A stretch of DNA of 47,675 bases from a bacterium (Candidatus Howlettbacteria) CG_4_10_14_0_8_um_filter_40_9 (GCA_002785325.1 PFMH01000047.1:1-47675), one strand, 5' to 3'; numbered from the stretch's first letter, positions 8,461 through 18,246 are shown. Numbers and translations: made by a program. Notes: generated by a model from the sequence alone, not told the origin.

Positions 8461-9002
8461 TGTCAAGCTTAAAAGATTTATATAAAAAAGAGATCGTACC
8501 GAAACTTAAGGAAGAGATCGGTTGCAAAAATGTCATGGAAGTTCCAAAGATTTCCAAAGTAGTTTTGAATGTTGGCGCCGGAAGATCGATCACGGATGCG
8601 AAGATCCTTGAGCAGGTTATAGAAGGGCTTTCTCGGGTAACTGGACAACTTCCGAAAAAGACAAAGGCGAAAAAGTCTATCGCCGGATTCAAGCTGAGAG
8701 AGGGGATGGAGATCGGAGCGATGGTTACTTTGAGAGGTGATCGAATGTTTGAATTTTTAGAAAGACTTATCGGTTCGGCTTTACCGCGAGTTAGAGATTT
8801 CAGAGGAATACCAGCGACATCTTTCGACGGTAGGGGGAATTACAGTTTTGGTATGAAGGAAATGTCTGTTTTTCCAGAAGTTTCTCCCGAAGATATCTTT
8901 GCCGGATACGGATTAGAGATAAGTATTATAACAACGGCAAAAAAAGATGAAGAAGCAAAGGCGCTGCTTACCCATCTGGGATTCCCGTTTAAAAAAATAT
9001 AA
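8460..9002 (+). CDS. rplE: 50S ribosomal protein L5
   Basis: LPRVRDFRGI...GNYSFGMKE. TAATG overlap with rplX. Confidence 0.96.
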   Translation: MSSLKDLYKKEIVPKLKEEIGCKNVMEVPKISKVVLNVGAGRSITDAKILEQVIEGLSRVTGQLPKKTKAKKSIAGFKLREGMEIGAMVTLRGDRMFEFLERLIGSALPRVRDFRGIPATSFDGRGNYSFGMKEMSVFPEVSPEDIFAGYGLEISIITTAKKDEEAKALLTHLGFPFKKI

Positions 9003-9035
9003 AAAATATTAACAGCAAACAACTAAGATAAAATT

Positions 9036-9221
9036 ATGGCAAGAAAAGCATTAGAAGCAAAAGCAAAAAGAAAACCGAAATTTTCTTCAAGGAAATTAAA
9101 CAGATGTAAAATCTGCGGCAGAAAACACGGCTATATGAGAGATTTTGCTATGTGCCGGATTTGCTTTCGTGAAAGGGCATCCAGGGGAGAGATTCCCGGT
9201 GTCGTTAAGTCTAGTTGGTAG
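9036..9221 (+). CDS. rpsN: 30S ribosomal protein S14, short zinc-binding (type Z) form
   Basis: 61 aa, [23 protein letters not shown]. Confidence 0.95.
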   Translation: MARKALEAKAKRKPKFSSRKLNRCKICGRKHGYMRDFAMCRICFRERASRGEIPGVVKSSW

Positions 9222-9334
9222 ATCAAAAGGCCACGGATTGACACAGATTTTGAATAGCCACTGATAAACACCGAAAAGATATTTGTAAAATTTGTAGATT
9301 AGTAATTAATTTGTAATTAGTAAGAGGAAAAAAT

Positions 9335-9727
9335 ATGATAACCGATCCAATAGCAGACATGTTAGCAAGAATAAGAAATGCGATCCTCGCCAAGAAAGAG
9401 GAAGTGTCTTTTCCTAGTGCAAAACTTAAACTAAGCGTTTTAAATGTTTTGAAGGAAGAGGGGTATATCGAAGATTTTGTTGAAGCTGCAGACGGCCTTT
9501 TCAAAAATGTAACGGTTAAGCTTCGATATGATAACAAAAAACCCGCTATATCTGTTATCGAGAGAATAAGCCGACCGGGGAGGAGAGTTTATTCGAAGAA
9601 AACCGAGATTCCGGCAGTGTTATCCGGTCACGGCATAGTTATCATATCAACGCCAAAAGGGGTTATGACAGGTAAGAAAGCAAAAACTCAAAGTCTTGGC
9701 GGAGAATTACTTTGCAAAGTTTATTAA
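9335..9727 (+). CDS. rpsH: 30S ribosomal protein S8
   Basis: MITDPIADMLARIRNA. Confidence 0.96.
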   Translation: MITDPIADMLARIRNAILAKKEEVSFPSAKLKLSVLNVLKEEGYIEDFVEAADGLFKNVTVKLRYDNKKPAISVIERISRPGRRVYSKKTEIPAVLSGHGIVIISTPKGVMTGKKAKTQSLGGELLCKVY

Positions 9728-9745
9728 ATATAATTAGGAGAAACC

Positions 9746-10282
9746 ATGTCTAGGATAGGTAAATTACCGATAAATATAAAGAAAAGCGTAGAGGTTGTGA
9801 TAAACGGCCGAAATGTGCATGTAAAAGGTCCGAAGGGAGAACTTTCGTATGATCTTCAAAATGACATATCGGTGATCAAAGAAGACTCTATCTTGAAAGT
9901 TGGGATCGTAAGTGAAACAAAAGAATCGAGAGAGCTCTGGGGGCTTACTAGAACGCTTATAGATAATATGGTTTACGGAGTGAGTGAAGGATTTGAGAAA
10001 CAGCTTTCTATACACGGAGTAGGATATAGAGCGGTTTTAGAAGGAAACACTTTGGTTTTAAGCGTTGGTTTTTCTCATCTGGTTAAGATGCCGTTACCGG
10101 AAGGAATAACTGCGAAAATAGAGAAAAATGTTATAACGGTAAGCGGATTTGATAAAGTAAAAGTCGGACAGTATGCTTCAGACGTCAGAGCCGTAAAGAA
10201 GCCGGAACCGTATAAAGGCAAAGGTATAAGATACGTCGGCGAGCATGTCAGAAGAAAAGCTGGTAAAACAGCAAAAACATAG
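9746..10282 (+). CDS. rplF: 50S ribosomal protein L6
   Basis: MSRIGKLPI...PEPYKGKGIRY. Confidence 0.96.
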   Translation: MSRIGKLPINIKKSVEVVINGRNVHVKGPKGELSYDLQNDISVIKEDSILKVGIVSETKESRELWGLTRTLIDNMVYGVSEGFEKQLSIHGVGYRAVLEGNTLVLSVGFSHLVKMPLPEGITAKIEKNVITVSGFDKVKVGQYASDVRAVKKPEPYKGKGIRYVGEHVRRKAGKTAKT

Positions 10283-10404
10283 GTCATAGGTCTAACTACG
10301 AATTACGAATTTAGTACAAATGTACAAATATCGAATTAGTAGTTTTAAGGTATTAGTAGATTCGTAAAAATTAGTAATTAGTAGTAAATTTTTAAGGAAA
10401 AATT
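10283..10404 (+). repeat. AT-rich self-complementary spacer (rplF/rplR), TACGAAT/TAGTAG word variant
   Basis: CTACGAATTACGAATTTAGTA... opposite ...ATTAGTAGATTCGTAAAAATTAGTAATTAGTAG. Confidence 0.6.
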
Positions 10405-10743
10405 ATGGCAGACAGAGAAATAAGAAGGAGAAGAATAAGATCAAAGATACAGGGAACGAAAGAAATCCCAAGACTTAACGTCCGTATCTCAAACAGCCAT
10501 GTGTATGGTCAGATCATTGACGACGCGACCGGAGTGACTATCGTGTCTTGTTCGGACATGCAAAAAGACTCTAAGATAAAAGGTAAAAAGATCGAGATTG
10601 CGAAAGAGCTAGGATCTGTTTTGGCAAAAAAAGCAAAAGAAAAAAAGATTGAAAAAGTAGTTTTTGATAGAGGTTTTAGGATTTATCACGGGAGAGTCGC
10701 CGCTTTTGCTGAAGGGGCGAGAGAGGGCGGACTATTATTCTAA
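10405..10743 (+). CDS. rplR: 50S ribosomal protein L18
   Basis: PRLNVRISNSHVYGQIIDD...YHGRVAAFAEGAREGGL. Confidence 0.95.
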   Translation: MADREIRRRRIRSKIQGTKEIPRLNVRISNSHVYGQIIDDATGVTIVSCSDMQKDSKIKGKKIEIAKELGSVLAKKAKEKKIEKVVFDRGFRIYHGRVAAFAEGAREGGLLF

Positions 10744-10826
10744 TTTCTAAATCCGAATTTCCAATTTCTAAACAAATCCGAATGACAGAAACTAGAAATA
10801 TTAAATTTTTAAAATAAATAAAAATT

Positions 10827-11486
10827 ATGACTAAAGAAGAAGAGAAAAAAAATACAGAAGAAACAAAAGAACCCGCCTCGACTGACACGAGTCAAGTCGG
10901 GGAAACTCCAAAGGCGGAGGTAGTTGCTCCTATTGAAAAGAAGGAAGTTTTGCCAAACCAGAGAGAAGTCAGAAAAACCGGTTTTGGAGGTGGAAAAGGC
11001 GGGTATAGAAAAGGTTCGAATGACGATGGCGGTGATGGACTGGAAGAAAAAGTTGTCGAGATCGACAGAATTACTAGAGTTGTAAAAGGCGGAAGAAGGA
11101 TGAGGTTTAGAGCAACAGTAGTAGTAGGGGATAAGAACGGCAAAGTAGGCGTAGCTGTAGCAAAAGGGACGGAAGTTTTGACCGCGATCACCAAGGCGAC
11201 ATCTAAAGCAAAGAAAGAACTTTCACCTATAAATCTCAAAGGAACGACTATCCCGCATGAAGTATATGTAGAATATTCAGGCGCAAAAGTGCTCCTAAAG
11301 CCGGCTTCCCCAGGTACCGGTATTATAGCGGGCGGACCAGTAAGAGCCGTTGTTGAAGCGGCGGGAGTCAAAGACGTCTTGTCAAAGGCGATGGGTTCAA
11401 ATAGCAGGTTAAATAATGTTTATGCTACTTTTTTGGCCCTAAAACAGCTGAGGAAATTTGAAAAGAAAACCAAAGGAGATAAATAA
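10827..11486 (+). CDS. rpsE: 30S ribosomal protein S5 with ~60-aa N-terminal extension
   Basis: [21 protein letters not shown] core, preceded by a K/E/T-rich extension. Confidence 0.94.
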   Translation: MTKEEEKKNTEETKEPASTDTSQVGETPKAEVVAPIEKKEVLPNQREVRKTGFGGGKGGYRKGSNDDGGDGLEEKVVEIDRITRVVKGGRRMRFRATVVVGDKNGKVGVAVAKGTEVLTAITKATSKAKKELSPINLKGTTIPHEVYVEYSGAKVLLKPASPGTGIIAGGPVRAVVEAAGVKDVLSKAMGSNSRLNNVYATFLALKQLRKFEKKTKGDK

Positions 11487-11938
11487 TGAAGTTAAGTGAA
11501 ATTCCTAAAAATTCAGACAGAACCAGTCGAAGAGTAGGCAGGGGAACCGGTTCGGGGCACGGAAAAACTTCCGGTCGGGGACACAACGGGCAAAACTCTC
11601 GTTCTGGCGGCGGAACAAGGCCGGGGTTTGAAGGCGGACAGATGCCTTTGGTCCAGCGACTTCCAAAACAGAGAGGTTTTAAGTCTAGAACGAAAAAAGA
11701 GACTGTAAATATCAAATCTCTTCCTTCTGTCTTTGAAGAAGGCGCCGTGATCACAAAGGATATACTTTTTGAAAAAGGCATCATAAAAAGCAAAAAATCT
11801 TTTATAAAGATAGTTGGTAAACCGGAAGGGAAAAAATATAAGATCGATCTTCCTGTTTCTTCCTCTCTAAAAGAAATGGCCGTTGAAAATAAAATTTCAA
11901 AACCAGAAGCAAAAAATAGTCCTAAAAAGGAGGGATAG
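11486..11938 (+). CDS. rplO: 50S ribosomal protein L15
   Basis: [19 protein letters not shown]. Starts in a TAATG overlap with rpsE, so no L30 gene lies between them. Confidence 0.94.
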   Translation: MKLSEIPKNSDRTSRRVGRGTGSGHGKTSGRGHNGQNSRSGGGTRPGFEGGQMPLVQRLPKQRGFKSRTKKETVNIKSLPSVFEEGAVITKDILFEKGIIKSKKSFIKIVGKPEGKKYKIDLPVSSSLKEMAVENKISKPEAKNSPKKEG

Positions 11939-13252
11939 TTGGAATATATAAAACAAGTATTTTTTAACAAAGATCTAAGGAAAAGAGTCTTGTTTGTTCT
12001 TTTTTTACTCTTTATATTCAGACTTGTTTCTCATATCCCGATACCGGTGTCGGATCCGGCAACACTTAAATATTTTTTAGGGAATCTTTTTGCTCAAAAT
12101 TCATTTTTATCATTTTTAGATATTTTTAGCGGCGGAGGGATCAGTCGATTTTCTATAGCGATGATGGGCGTCGGTCCATATATTACGGCCTCTATCATGA
12201 TCCAGCTTTTGACTATGGTAATTCCGAAGTTTGAAGTCATGAGCAAAGAGGGGGAGCAGGGCAGTCATAAACTAAATCAATATTCGAGGATTATTGCCGT
12301 CCCGTTAGCCTTTTTTGAAGGGTACGGTATGATAAGATTTATCCAAAATGTATCCGCAAAATCAGGGGCAGACGTCATCGGAACACCATCTCTCGCTCAA
12401 TGGCTGATCATGCTGTTATCTCTGACGGCCGGAACCATCTTCCTTATGTGGATAGGGGAGATAATCACCGAGAAAGGTTTGGGAAACGGTATTTCCCTCA
12501 TCATCTTCGCCGGGATCTTGTCCAGGGCGCCCCAGACTATCTATCAGAGCGTTTCAAAAGTATTTTTGGGGCAGTTTGACCCGCAACAGCTGATCAGGCT
12601 TATTTCGTTTACCGCGCTTGGAATTTTCGTAGTTTTCTTGGTAGTTCTTATTACCGAAGGACAAAGGGAAATCCCGGTATCTTACGCCAAAAAGATGAGA
12701 GGAATAAAGACATATGGGGGGATAGATACCCATCTGCCACTTAAACTAAATACGGCAGGGGTGATACCGATCATCTTCGCCGGCGCATTTATGAATGTCC
12801 CCGCCGTCATCGGTTTCTTTACAAATGCAAAAAATGTGACGCTTAGCAAATATGCCGCGTTGATCCAGAAAACTTTTGCTCCGGACCAGATAGCATATGC
12901 TGTACTTTTCTTCATACTTGTATTTGCCTTTACTTTTTTCTCAACATTTTTATACTTCAAACCGAAAGAAGTGGCTGAAAACATCCAAAAACAGGGTGGT
13001 TTCGTTCCAGGTATAAGACCCGGCAAAGAGACAGAAAATTACCTAAATTACCTAATATCAAGGATAACCTTTTGGGGAGCGGTATTTTTGGGCGCCATCG
13101 CAGTTATGCCTTTTGTCTTGCAGCTTTTTATGAAGACAACCAATCTTAGTCTAGGCGGAACCAGCTTGCTGATCGCCGTGTCGGTGGCTTTAGAGATAAG
13201 GAAAGAAATAAGCGCGCAGATCGTGACGAGAAAATACGAGGCGTTGGGTTAA
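11939..13252 (+). CDS. secY: Preprotein translocase subunit SecY
   Basis: 437-aa polytopic membrane protein in the canonical position. TTG start 5 nt after AAGGAGGG. Confidence 0.95.
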   Translation: MEYIKQVFFNKDLRKRVLFVLFLLFIFRLVSHIPIPVSDPATLKYFLGNLFAQNSFLSFLDIFSGGGISRFSIAMMGVGPYITASIMIQLLTMVIPKFEVMSKEGEQGSHKLNQYSRIIAVPLAFFEGYGMIRFIQNVSAKSGADVIGTPSLAQWLIMLLSLTAGTIFLMWIGEIITEKGLGNGISLIIFAGILSRAPQTIYQSVSKVFLGQFDPQQLIRLISFTALGIFVVFLVVLITEGQREIPVSYAKKMRGIKTYGGIDTHLPLKLNTAGVIPIIFAGAFMNVPAVIGFFTNAKNVTLSKYAALIQKTFAPDQIAYAVLFFILVFAFTFFSTFLYFKPKEVAENIQKQGGFVPGIRPGKETENYLNYLISRITFWGAVFLGAIAVMPFVLQLFMKTTNLSLGGTSLLIAVSVALEIRKEISAQIVTRKYEALG

Positions 13253-13380
13253 CAAAATTCTAAGCTCTAAACACTAAATTCTAAACAATATCAAATAACA
13301 AAAATATAAAAGTTTTAAACATTAGAAAATTTGAATTTTGGATTTGTTTCGGATTTAGATATTAGAGTTTAGGGTTTACT
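13253..13380 (+). repeat. AT-rich self-complementary spacer (secY/infA)
   Basis: AAATTCTAAGCTCTAAACACTAAATTCTAAACAA opposite TTGTTTCGGATTTAGATATTAGAGTTTAGGGTTT. Confidence 0.6.
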
Positions 13381-13391
13381 ATTAAAAACCC

Positions 13392-13420
13392 TTGTAAAGT
13401 TTTTAAAAACAATATATAAT
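13392..13420 (+). promoter_or_regulatory. Sigma70-type promoter upstream of infA
   Basis: TTGTAA, 17-nt spacer, TATAAT. Confidence 0.55.
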
Positions 13421-13436
13421 TTACAAAGTTAAAGTT

Positions 13437-13658
13437 ATGAGTGATACAAAGGAAGTAATCGAGATGCAAGGAACCGTCCTTGAGACACTCCCTAACGCAA
13501 TGTTTAGAGTGGAGCTCGAGAACGGTCACGTTATTTTAGCTCATATATCCGGAAGGATGCGAAAGCATTATATAAAGATACTTCAGGGAGATAAAGTAAC
13601 CGTAGAAATGACTCCTTACGATTTGACGAAGGGGAGAATAACATATAGACATAAGTAG
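13437..13658 (+). CDS. infA: Translation initiation factor IF-1
   Basis: 73 aa, [20 protein letters not shown]...[14 protein letters not shown]. Confidence 0.96.
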   Translation: MSDTKEVIEMQGTVLETLPNAMFRVELENGHVILAHISGRMRKHYIKILQGDKVTVEMTPYDLTKGRITYRHK

Positions 13659-13747
13659 TTCACGGCTTATGTCTGATAGTTCATAGAACAGGAGTATCGG
13701 ATTTATTTTACCAATGAACAAAGAGCAGTGAACTAGGAGCAAAAATT

Positions 13748-13861
13748 ATGAAAGTCAGGGCATCAGTAAAAAAAATGTGTAAAGATTGCAAAGTGATACG
13801 CCGAGAAGGAGTTATCAGAGTTATTTGTATACATCCAAAACATAAACAGAGACAAGGATAG
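13748..13861 (+). CDS. rpmJ: 50S ribosomal protein L36 (not in the supplied ORF track)
   Basis: Hand translation gives [37 protein letters not shown] then stop. AGGAG lies 8 nt upstream. Canonical position between infA and rpsM. Confidence 0.93.
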   Translation: MKVRASVKKMCKDCKVIRREGVIRVICIHPKHKQRQG

Positions 13862-13968
13862 GATAAAATTTCCAATTAACAATTTCTAATATCCAATGAA
13901 GTTTCAAAAGTTTAAAAATTTAGAATTTGTTTAGCATTTAGTGATTAGAATTTAGGATTTAAGATATT
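13862..13968 (+). repeat. AT-rich self-complementary spacer (rpmJ/rpsM)
   Basis: AAAATTTCCAATTAACAATTTCTAATATCCAAT opposite TTTAGAATTTGTTTAGCATTTAGTGATTAGAATTTAGGATTT. Confidence 0.6.
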
Positions 13969-14355
13969 ATGGCAAGAATAGCAGGAATAAATATACCAAA
14001 TGAAAAAAGAGTCGAAGTATCCCTTACATATATAAAAGGGGTAGGGCTTACGTCCAGCCAGAAGATTTTGGCTGAGGCTGGTATTGATCCAAACTTAAGA
14101 ACAAAGGACCTTACAGAAGCTGATATAACGAAGATAAGAGGGATTTTAGATAAAAAACATCTTATAGAAGGAGATCTGGTCCGAGAAGTAACCACAAATA
14201 TCAAAAGGTTAAAGGACACAGGTTCATATAGAGGCTTAAGGCACAAAGCCGGGTTACCGACTAGGGGGCAGAGAACAAAAACAAATGCAAGAACGAAAAA
14301 AGGCAAGAAAGTTACGGTAGGAAGCGGAAGAAAGAAAGCGGTAGCAAAGACATAA
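13969..14355 (+). CDS. rpsM: 30S ribosomal protein S13
   Basis: [10 protein letters not shown]...[23 protein letters not shown]. Confidence 0.96.
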   Translation: MARIAGINIPNEKRVEVSLTYIKGVGLTSSQKILAEAGIDPNLRTKDLTEADITKIRGILDKKHLIEGDLVREVTTNIKRLKDTGSYRGLRHKAGLPTRGQRTKTNARTKKGKKVTVGSGRKKAVAKT

Positions 14356-14476
14356 CAGTAAAATTTCTAATATCGAATTTCTAATTTCTAAATAAATCCC
14401 AATTTCAAAAATTTAAAATATTAGAATTTAGAATTTGTTTAGGATTTAGAGATTAGAATTTAGGATTTAAAACATT
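14356..14476 (+). repeat. AT-rich self-complementary spacer (rpsM/rpsK), type example
   Basis: 5' arm 14360-14403 (AAAATTTCTAATATCGAATTTCTAATTTCTAAATAAATCCCAAT). 3' arm 14420-14470 (ATTAGAATTTAGAATTTGTTTAGGATTTAGAGATTAGAATTTAGGATTTAA). Confidence 0.65.
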
Positions 14477-14872
14477 ATGGCAAAAGAAAAAATAGTTAAA
14501 AAGAAGAAGAAATCAAAAAAGACAGTAGCTGTCGGTAGGTTATATGTTTACGCTACTTTTAATAATACAATAGTTACTTGTACCGATGAAAACGGCAATG
14601 TGCTTGCGTGGGAAACTGCGGGCAAGGCCGGATTCAAAGGTTCGAGAAAAGCAACGCCTTATGCGGCTCAAGTAGCAGCAGGCAAAGTGGCGGACACCGT
14701 AAAGACAAATCACGGTCTTGAAAAAGTAGACGTTTTTATAAAAGGTATAGGTTCAGGGAGAGAATCAGCTGTCAGGGCTTTTCAGAATTCAGGAATATAT
14801 GTGAGTTCGATCAAAGATATTACACCAACTCCCCACAATGGAGTGAGGCCAAAAAAACCGAGGAGAGTATAA
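14477..14872 (+). CDS. rpsK: 30S ribosomal protein S11
   Basis: [15 protein letters not shown]...TPTPHNG.RPKK.RR. Confidence 0.96.
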   Translation: MAKEKIVKKKKKSKKTVAVGRLYVYATFNNTIVTCTDENGNVLAWETAGKAGFKGSRKATPYAAQVAAGKVADTVKTNHGLEKVDVFIKGIGSGRESAVRAFQNSGIYVSSIKDITPTPHNGVRPKKPRRV

Positions 14873-15004
14873 TTAAAATTTCTAATTCCTAATATATAAT
14901 TTCTAAATAAATACCAATAGATCAAATCAAAAAATTTAAAACATTAAAAATTTAAAAAATTGTTTAGAATTTAGAGTTTAGAGTTTAGGATTTAAAAAAA
15001 TGAT
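14873..15004 (+). repeat. AT-rich self-complementary spacer (rpsK/rpsD)
   Basis: AAAATTTCTAATTCCTAATATATAATTTCTAAATAAATACCAAT opposite TTGTTTAGAATTTAGAGTTTAGAGTTTAGGATTT. Confidence 0.6.
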
Positions 15005-15628
15005 ATGGCAAAGATAACAAACGAAACATGTAAATTATGCAGGAGAGAGCGAGTAAAGCTTTTTCTAAAAGGAGAAAGATGTCTTTCCCCGAAATGCGCC
15101 GTGGCTAAAAGGCCTTATCCGCCTGGAGCTCACGGGCAGTCTAGGAGATCGAAGCTTTCTGACTATGCTGTTTCTTTGCGCGAAAAGCAGAAGGTTAAAA
15201 GGATTTATGGCGTTTTAGAAAAGCAGTTCAGGAATTATTTTGAAAAAGCCGACAAAAAAGAAGGCGTTACCGGTGAGATATTGCTTCAGTATTTAGAAAT
15301 GAGATTTGACACAATTGTAAAAAATATGAACTTTGCCGATTCCCAGAGACAAGCCAGACAGATTATCGGGCACGGACATTTTTTGATAAATGGTAAAAAG
15401 GTAAATATCTCTTCTTATCAGATGAAGCCGGGTGACAAAGTAGAGGTTTCTGAAAAAAGCAAAAAAGAAATGTATTTTAAAGAATTACAAAGTTTAAAAA
15501 AAGATGCGGTTAGTTGGGTTAGTTCCGACCTTGCGCATCTTAAAGGCGAGGTTTTAGGCGTTCCTAAGAGAGCAGACCTTGATCCTGAGATACAAGAACA
15601 GCTTATAGTCGAGCTTTATAGCAAATAA
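15005..15628 (+). CDS. rpsD: 30S ribosomal protein S4
   Basis: CKLCRRERVKLFLKGERC...; S4 domain GHGHFLINGKKVNISSY. Confidence 0.96.
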   Translation: MAKITNETCKLCRRERVKLFLKGERCLSPKCAVAKRPYPPGAHGQSRRSKLSDYAVSLREKQKVKRIYGVLEKQFRNYFEKADKKEGVTGEILLQYLEMRFDTIVKNMNFADSQRQARQIIGHGHFLINGKKVNISSYQMKPGDKVEVSEKSKKEMYFKELQSLKKDAVSWVSSDLAHLKGEVLGVPKRADLDPEIQEQLIVELYSK

Positions 15629-15662
15629 TTAATCCTGGTTTCCAGGGAGTTAAGGAGATATC

Positions 15663-16628
15663 ATGCTTTACAACATCCATCTTCCAGAAGTAAAAGAAGT
15701 AAAAAGTGAAAAAAATATTGGAGTGTTCTCTATAGAACCGCTTTACCCGGGCTATGGAATGACTTTGGGCAATTCGCTTCGAAGAGTCGTACTGTCCAGT
15801 CTAGAAGGTTCTGCCGTTACAGCCGTAAAGATAGATGGAGTTTCACATGAGTATACAACGATGCCAAATGTAAAAGAAGATGTTATAGATATTATCCTGA
15901 ACCTAAAACAACTGCGTGTTAAAAGTATGTCATCTGAGCCTGTATATCTTACTCTTTCTGCTTCGGGTGAAGGAGAGGTAAAAGCAAAAGATATAAAGCC
16001 AAATGCTGACGTAGAAGTTATAAACGGCGATCTCTCTATAGCACACTTGTCTTCAAAGACTTCAAAGTTAAACATGGAGATAAAGATCGAAAATGGCAGA
16101 GGATATGTTCCAGTAGAAAAGAGAGAGGGAGAGAAACTCGAAGTCGGGATGATAGCGATCGACGCCCTATATACACCGGTGAAAAGGGTAAGGTACAATG
16201 TCGAAAGCACTCGTGTCGGACAGATGACAAACTTGGACAAGCTTGTTTTTGAAGTTGAAACCGACGGATCCATAACACCTAGGGAGACGATAGAAAAAGC
16301 TGCTGAGATATTGGTAGAACACTTTTTGGTAATCAGCGGAAAAGAAGCGGTAACCGTAGGCGTGGCTAAGAAAGAAGGAGTTGTCGGAGATGATGGAGAA
16401 TCCTCAAAGATACTTCTAGAAGAGATAAACCTTTCTCCTCGAACGACAAATGCGCTTCTAAACAATGATTTAAAAACTGTAGACGATATCTTAAAAATCG
16501 GGAGCAAAGAGCTCAAAGGTCTAAAAGGATTTGGTTCAAAAGCTTTTGATGAAGTAGTAGACAAGATAAAAGATCTTGGATTTGATTTTGCAGATTCAGA
16601 TAGCGAAGAACCAGTCGTAGAAGAATAG
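15663..16628 (+). CDS. rpoA: DNA-directed RNA polymerase subunit alpha
   Basis: 321 aa, GMTLGNSLRRVVLSSLEG...; C-terminal domain LSPRTTNALLNNDLKTV. Confidence 0.96.
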   Translation: MLYNIHLPEVKEVKSEKNIGVFSIEPLYPGYGMTLGNSLRRVVLSSLEGSAVTAVKIDGVSHEYTTMPNVKEDVIDIILNLKQLRVKSMSSEPVYLTLSASGEGEVKAKDIKPNADVEVINGDLSIAHLSSKTSKLNMEIKIENGRGYVPVEKREGEKLEVGMIAIDALYTPVKRVRYNVESTRVGQMTNLDKLVFEVETDGSITPRETIEKAAEILVEHFLVISGKEAVTVGVAKKEGVVGDDGESSKILLEEINLSPRTTNALLNNDLKTVDDILKIGSKELKGLKGFGSKAFDEVVDKIKDLGFDFADSDSEEPVVEE

Positions 16629-16678
16629 TCATTTAGTTGATAAGTTGTTAAGTTAATAAGTAACTAAGTTTATTCAAG

Positions 16679-17182
16679 ATGCATAGAAGAAGTTATAGCG
16701 GTAGAAAATTTAGCAGGGAAGCGGGACCAAGGAGAGCATTGATGAGATCTCTGGCTACTTCTATTATTCTCTATGAAAAGGTAGAAACCACCAAACCAAA
16801 AGCCAAAGAAGCCCAGAGAATAGTTGAAAAGCTCATAACTTGCGGTAAAAAGGGCTCACTGGCGTCTCTAAGGAAGATAGACAGCTACCTTTTGGATAAA
16901 AATGCTTCTAAAAAAATAATTCTAGAACTGTCAAAGCTGTACAAAGATAGGAATGGCGGTTATGCTCGAGTTTTAAACATAGGGTTTAGAACGGGTGACA
17001 GCGCTTCTATGGCTAGGATAGAACTTTTAGACACGGAGAAGCTTTTGAAAACTGAAAAACCAAGTAAAAAAACCGAAGTGAAAAAAGAGACAAAGACTGA
17101 AAAGAAACCTGTTGCCAAGAAAGCAGATAAAAGCGAAGTAAAAACAAAAAAAGAACCGTCTAAGAAAAAGGATTCAAAGTAG
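16679..17182 (+). CDS. rplQ: 50S ribosomal protein L17 with K-rich C-terminal tail
   Basis: MHRRSYSGRKFSREAGPRRALMRSL. Confidence 0.95.
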   Translation: MHRRSYSGRKFSREAGPRRALMRSLATSIILYEKVETTKPKAKEAQRIVEKLITCGKKGSLASLRKIDSYLLDKNASKKIILELSKLYKDRNGGYARVLNIGFRTGDSASMARIELLDTEKLLKTEKPSKKTEVKKETKTEKKPVAKKADKSEVKTKKEPSKKKDSK

Positions 17183-17233
17183 AGGTATTTGTAATATTTG
17201 TATGATTTGTATTAAATTTGTAAATTAGTGGCC

Positions 17234-17671
17234 ATGAAGACTTCAGTAACAAAAAAATCAGATATAGAGCGAAAATGGTATATCATAGATGCCGAGGGCG
17301 TTATATTGGGCAAAGTGGCCGTTAGGGCTGCAGATCTTTTGCGTGGGAAAAACAAAGTAAATTTCTCACCTTCAGTCGACTGCGGGGATCATGTGATTAT
17401 CATAAACGCTTCCAAGATAGCTGTTACCGGCGGCAAAGAAGAGAAAAAGAAATATTATCGGCACAGCTGGTATCCCGGTGGACTTAAGACCTTTACGCTA
17501 AACCAGATGATGGCGAAAGATTCTAGAAAAGTGATCGAGCTTGCGGTAAAAGGAATGCTTCCAAAGAATAAGCTGGCCGATGAGATGATCAAAAAGATGA
17601 AAGTTTTTAAAGATGAAAAACATGATCACGAAGCTCAACAGCCGGAAGTTATAAAATTTTCTAATTCTTAA
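17234..17671 (+). CDS. rplM: 50S ribosomal protein L13
   Basis: MKTSVTKKSDIERKWYIIDA aligns with L13 N-termini. The ORF track begins 6 nt earlier at a GTG (17228). Confidence 0.93.
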   Translation: MKTSVTKKSDIERKWYIIDAEGVILGKVAVRAADLLRGKNKVNFSPSVDCGDHVIIINASKIAVTGGKEEKKKYYRHSWYPGGLKTFTLNQMMAKDSRKVIELAVKGMLPKNKLADEMIKKMKVFKDEKHDHEAQQPEVIKFSNS

Positions 17672-17768
17672 TGTTTAATTTTTAAATAAATCTTAATGAT
17701 CAAATTTTGAAACATTAAAACATTATTTACAAAATTTAAAAATTACAAAATTAAAAAAATTGACTATC

Positions 17769-18230
17769 ATGACAGATACAAAAGAAACAACTGAAGAAAA
17801 GGCACTAGAGGATCAAGAAGCCAAAGATCAAGGTTTTAGCGGTAAATATTCTTATGGCAGAGGAAGAAGAAAAGAAGCTTCTGCTAGGGTTCGTTTGTAC
17901 AAAGGAAACGGTAAAGTAGTTATAAACGGCAAAGAAGGACTTGAGTATTTTAACGGATTTCAAGCTATATATGATGGGATCTTCGCACCGCTGAAGTTAG
18001 CCGGTTACGTGGATCAGTATGACATCTCCGTGAAGATAGAAGGCGGAGGGAAAGCGGGACAGGCGGGAGCGATAAAACTCGGCGTAGCCAGAGCACTTCT
18101 CGAGATAAATGCTGAACTGCGTCCTACGCTTCGTAAAGGCGGATTTTTAACTCGTGACTCCAGAGAAAAAGAAAGAAAGAAACCAGGTCTAAAAAGAGCC
18201 AGAAAAGCTCCACAGTTCTCAAAGAGATAA
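17769..18230 (+). CDS. rpsI: 30S ribosomal protein S9 with N-terminal extension
   Basis: GRGRRKEASARVRL...KAPQFSKR. An alternative TTG start lies at 17760. Confidence 0.93.
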   Translation: MTDTKETTEEKALEDQEAKDQGFSGKYSYGRGRRKEASARVRLYKGNGKVVINGKEGLEYFNGFQAIYDGIFAPLKLAGYVDQYDISVKIEGGGKAGQAGAIKLGVARALLEINAELRPTLRKGGFLTRDSREKERKKPGLKRARKAPQFSKR

Positions 18231-18246
18231 TTTTCTCCCCCTCTCC

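Noticed and set aside
13253-15004. Possible CRISPR array suggested by the periodic TTCTAAT/ATTAGAA words
   Set aside because: The repeating units are 6-7 nt words rather than 25-40 nt repeats separated by unique spacers. The blocks are individually palindromic and separated by essential genes.
15752-16564. 270-aa antisense ORF inside rpoA, plus many similar antisense or alternative-frame ORFs (2910-3494, 5406-5801, 10892-11371, 11425-11970, 29878-30225, 33267-33587, and 37367-39818 on the + strand)
   Set aside because: These are shadow ORFs opposite or overlapping strongly supported conserved genes. Their translations are S/F/L-rich low complexity, mirroring K/E-rich sense codons.
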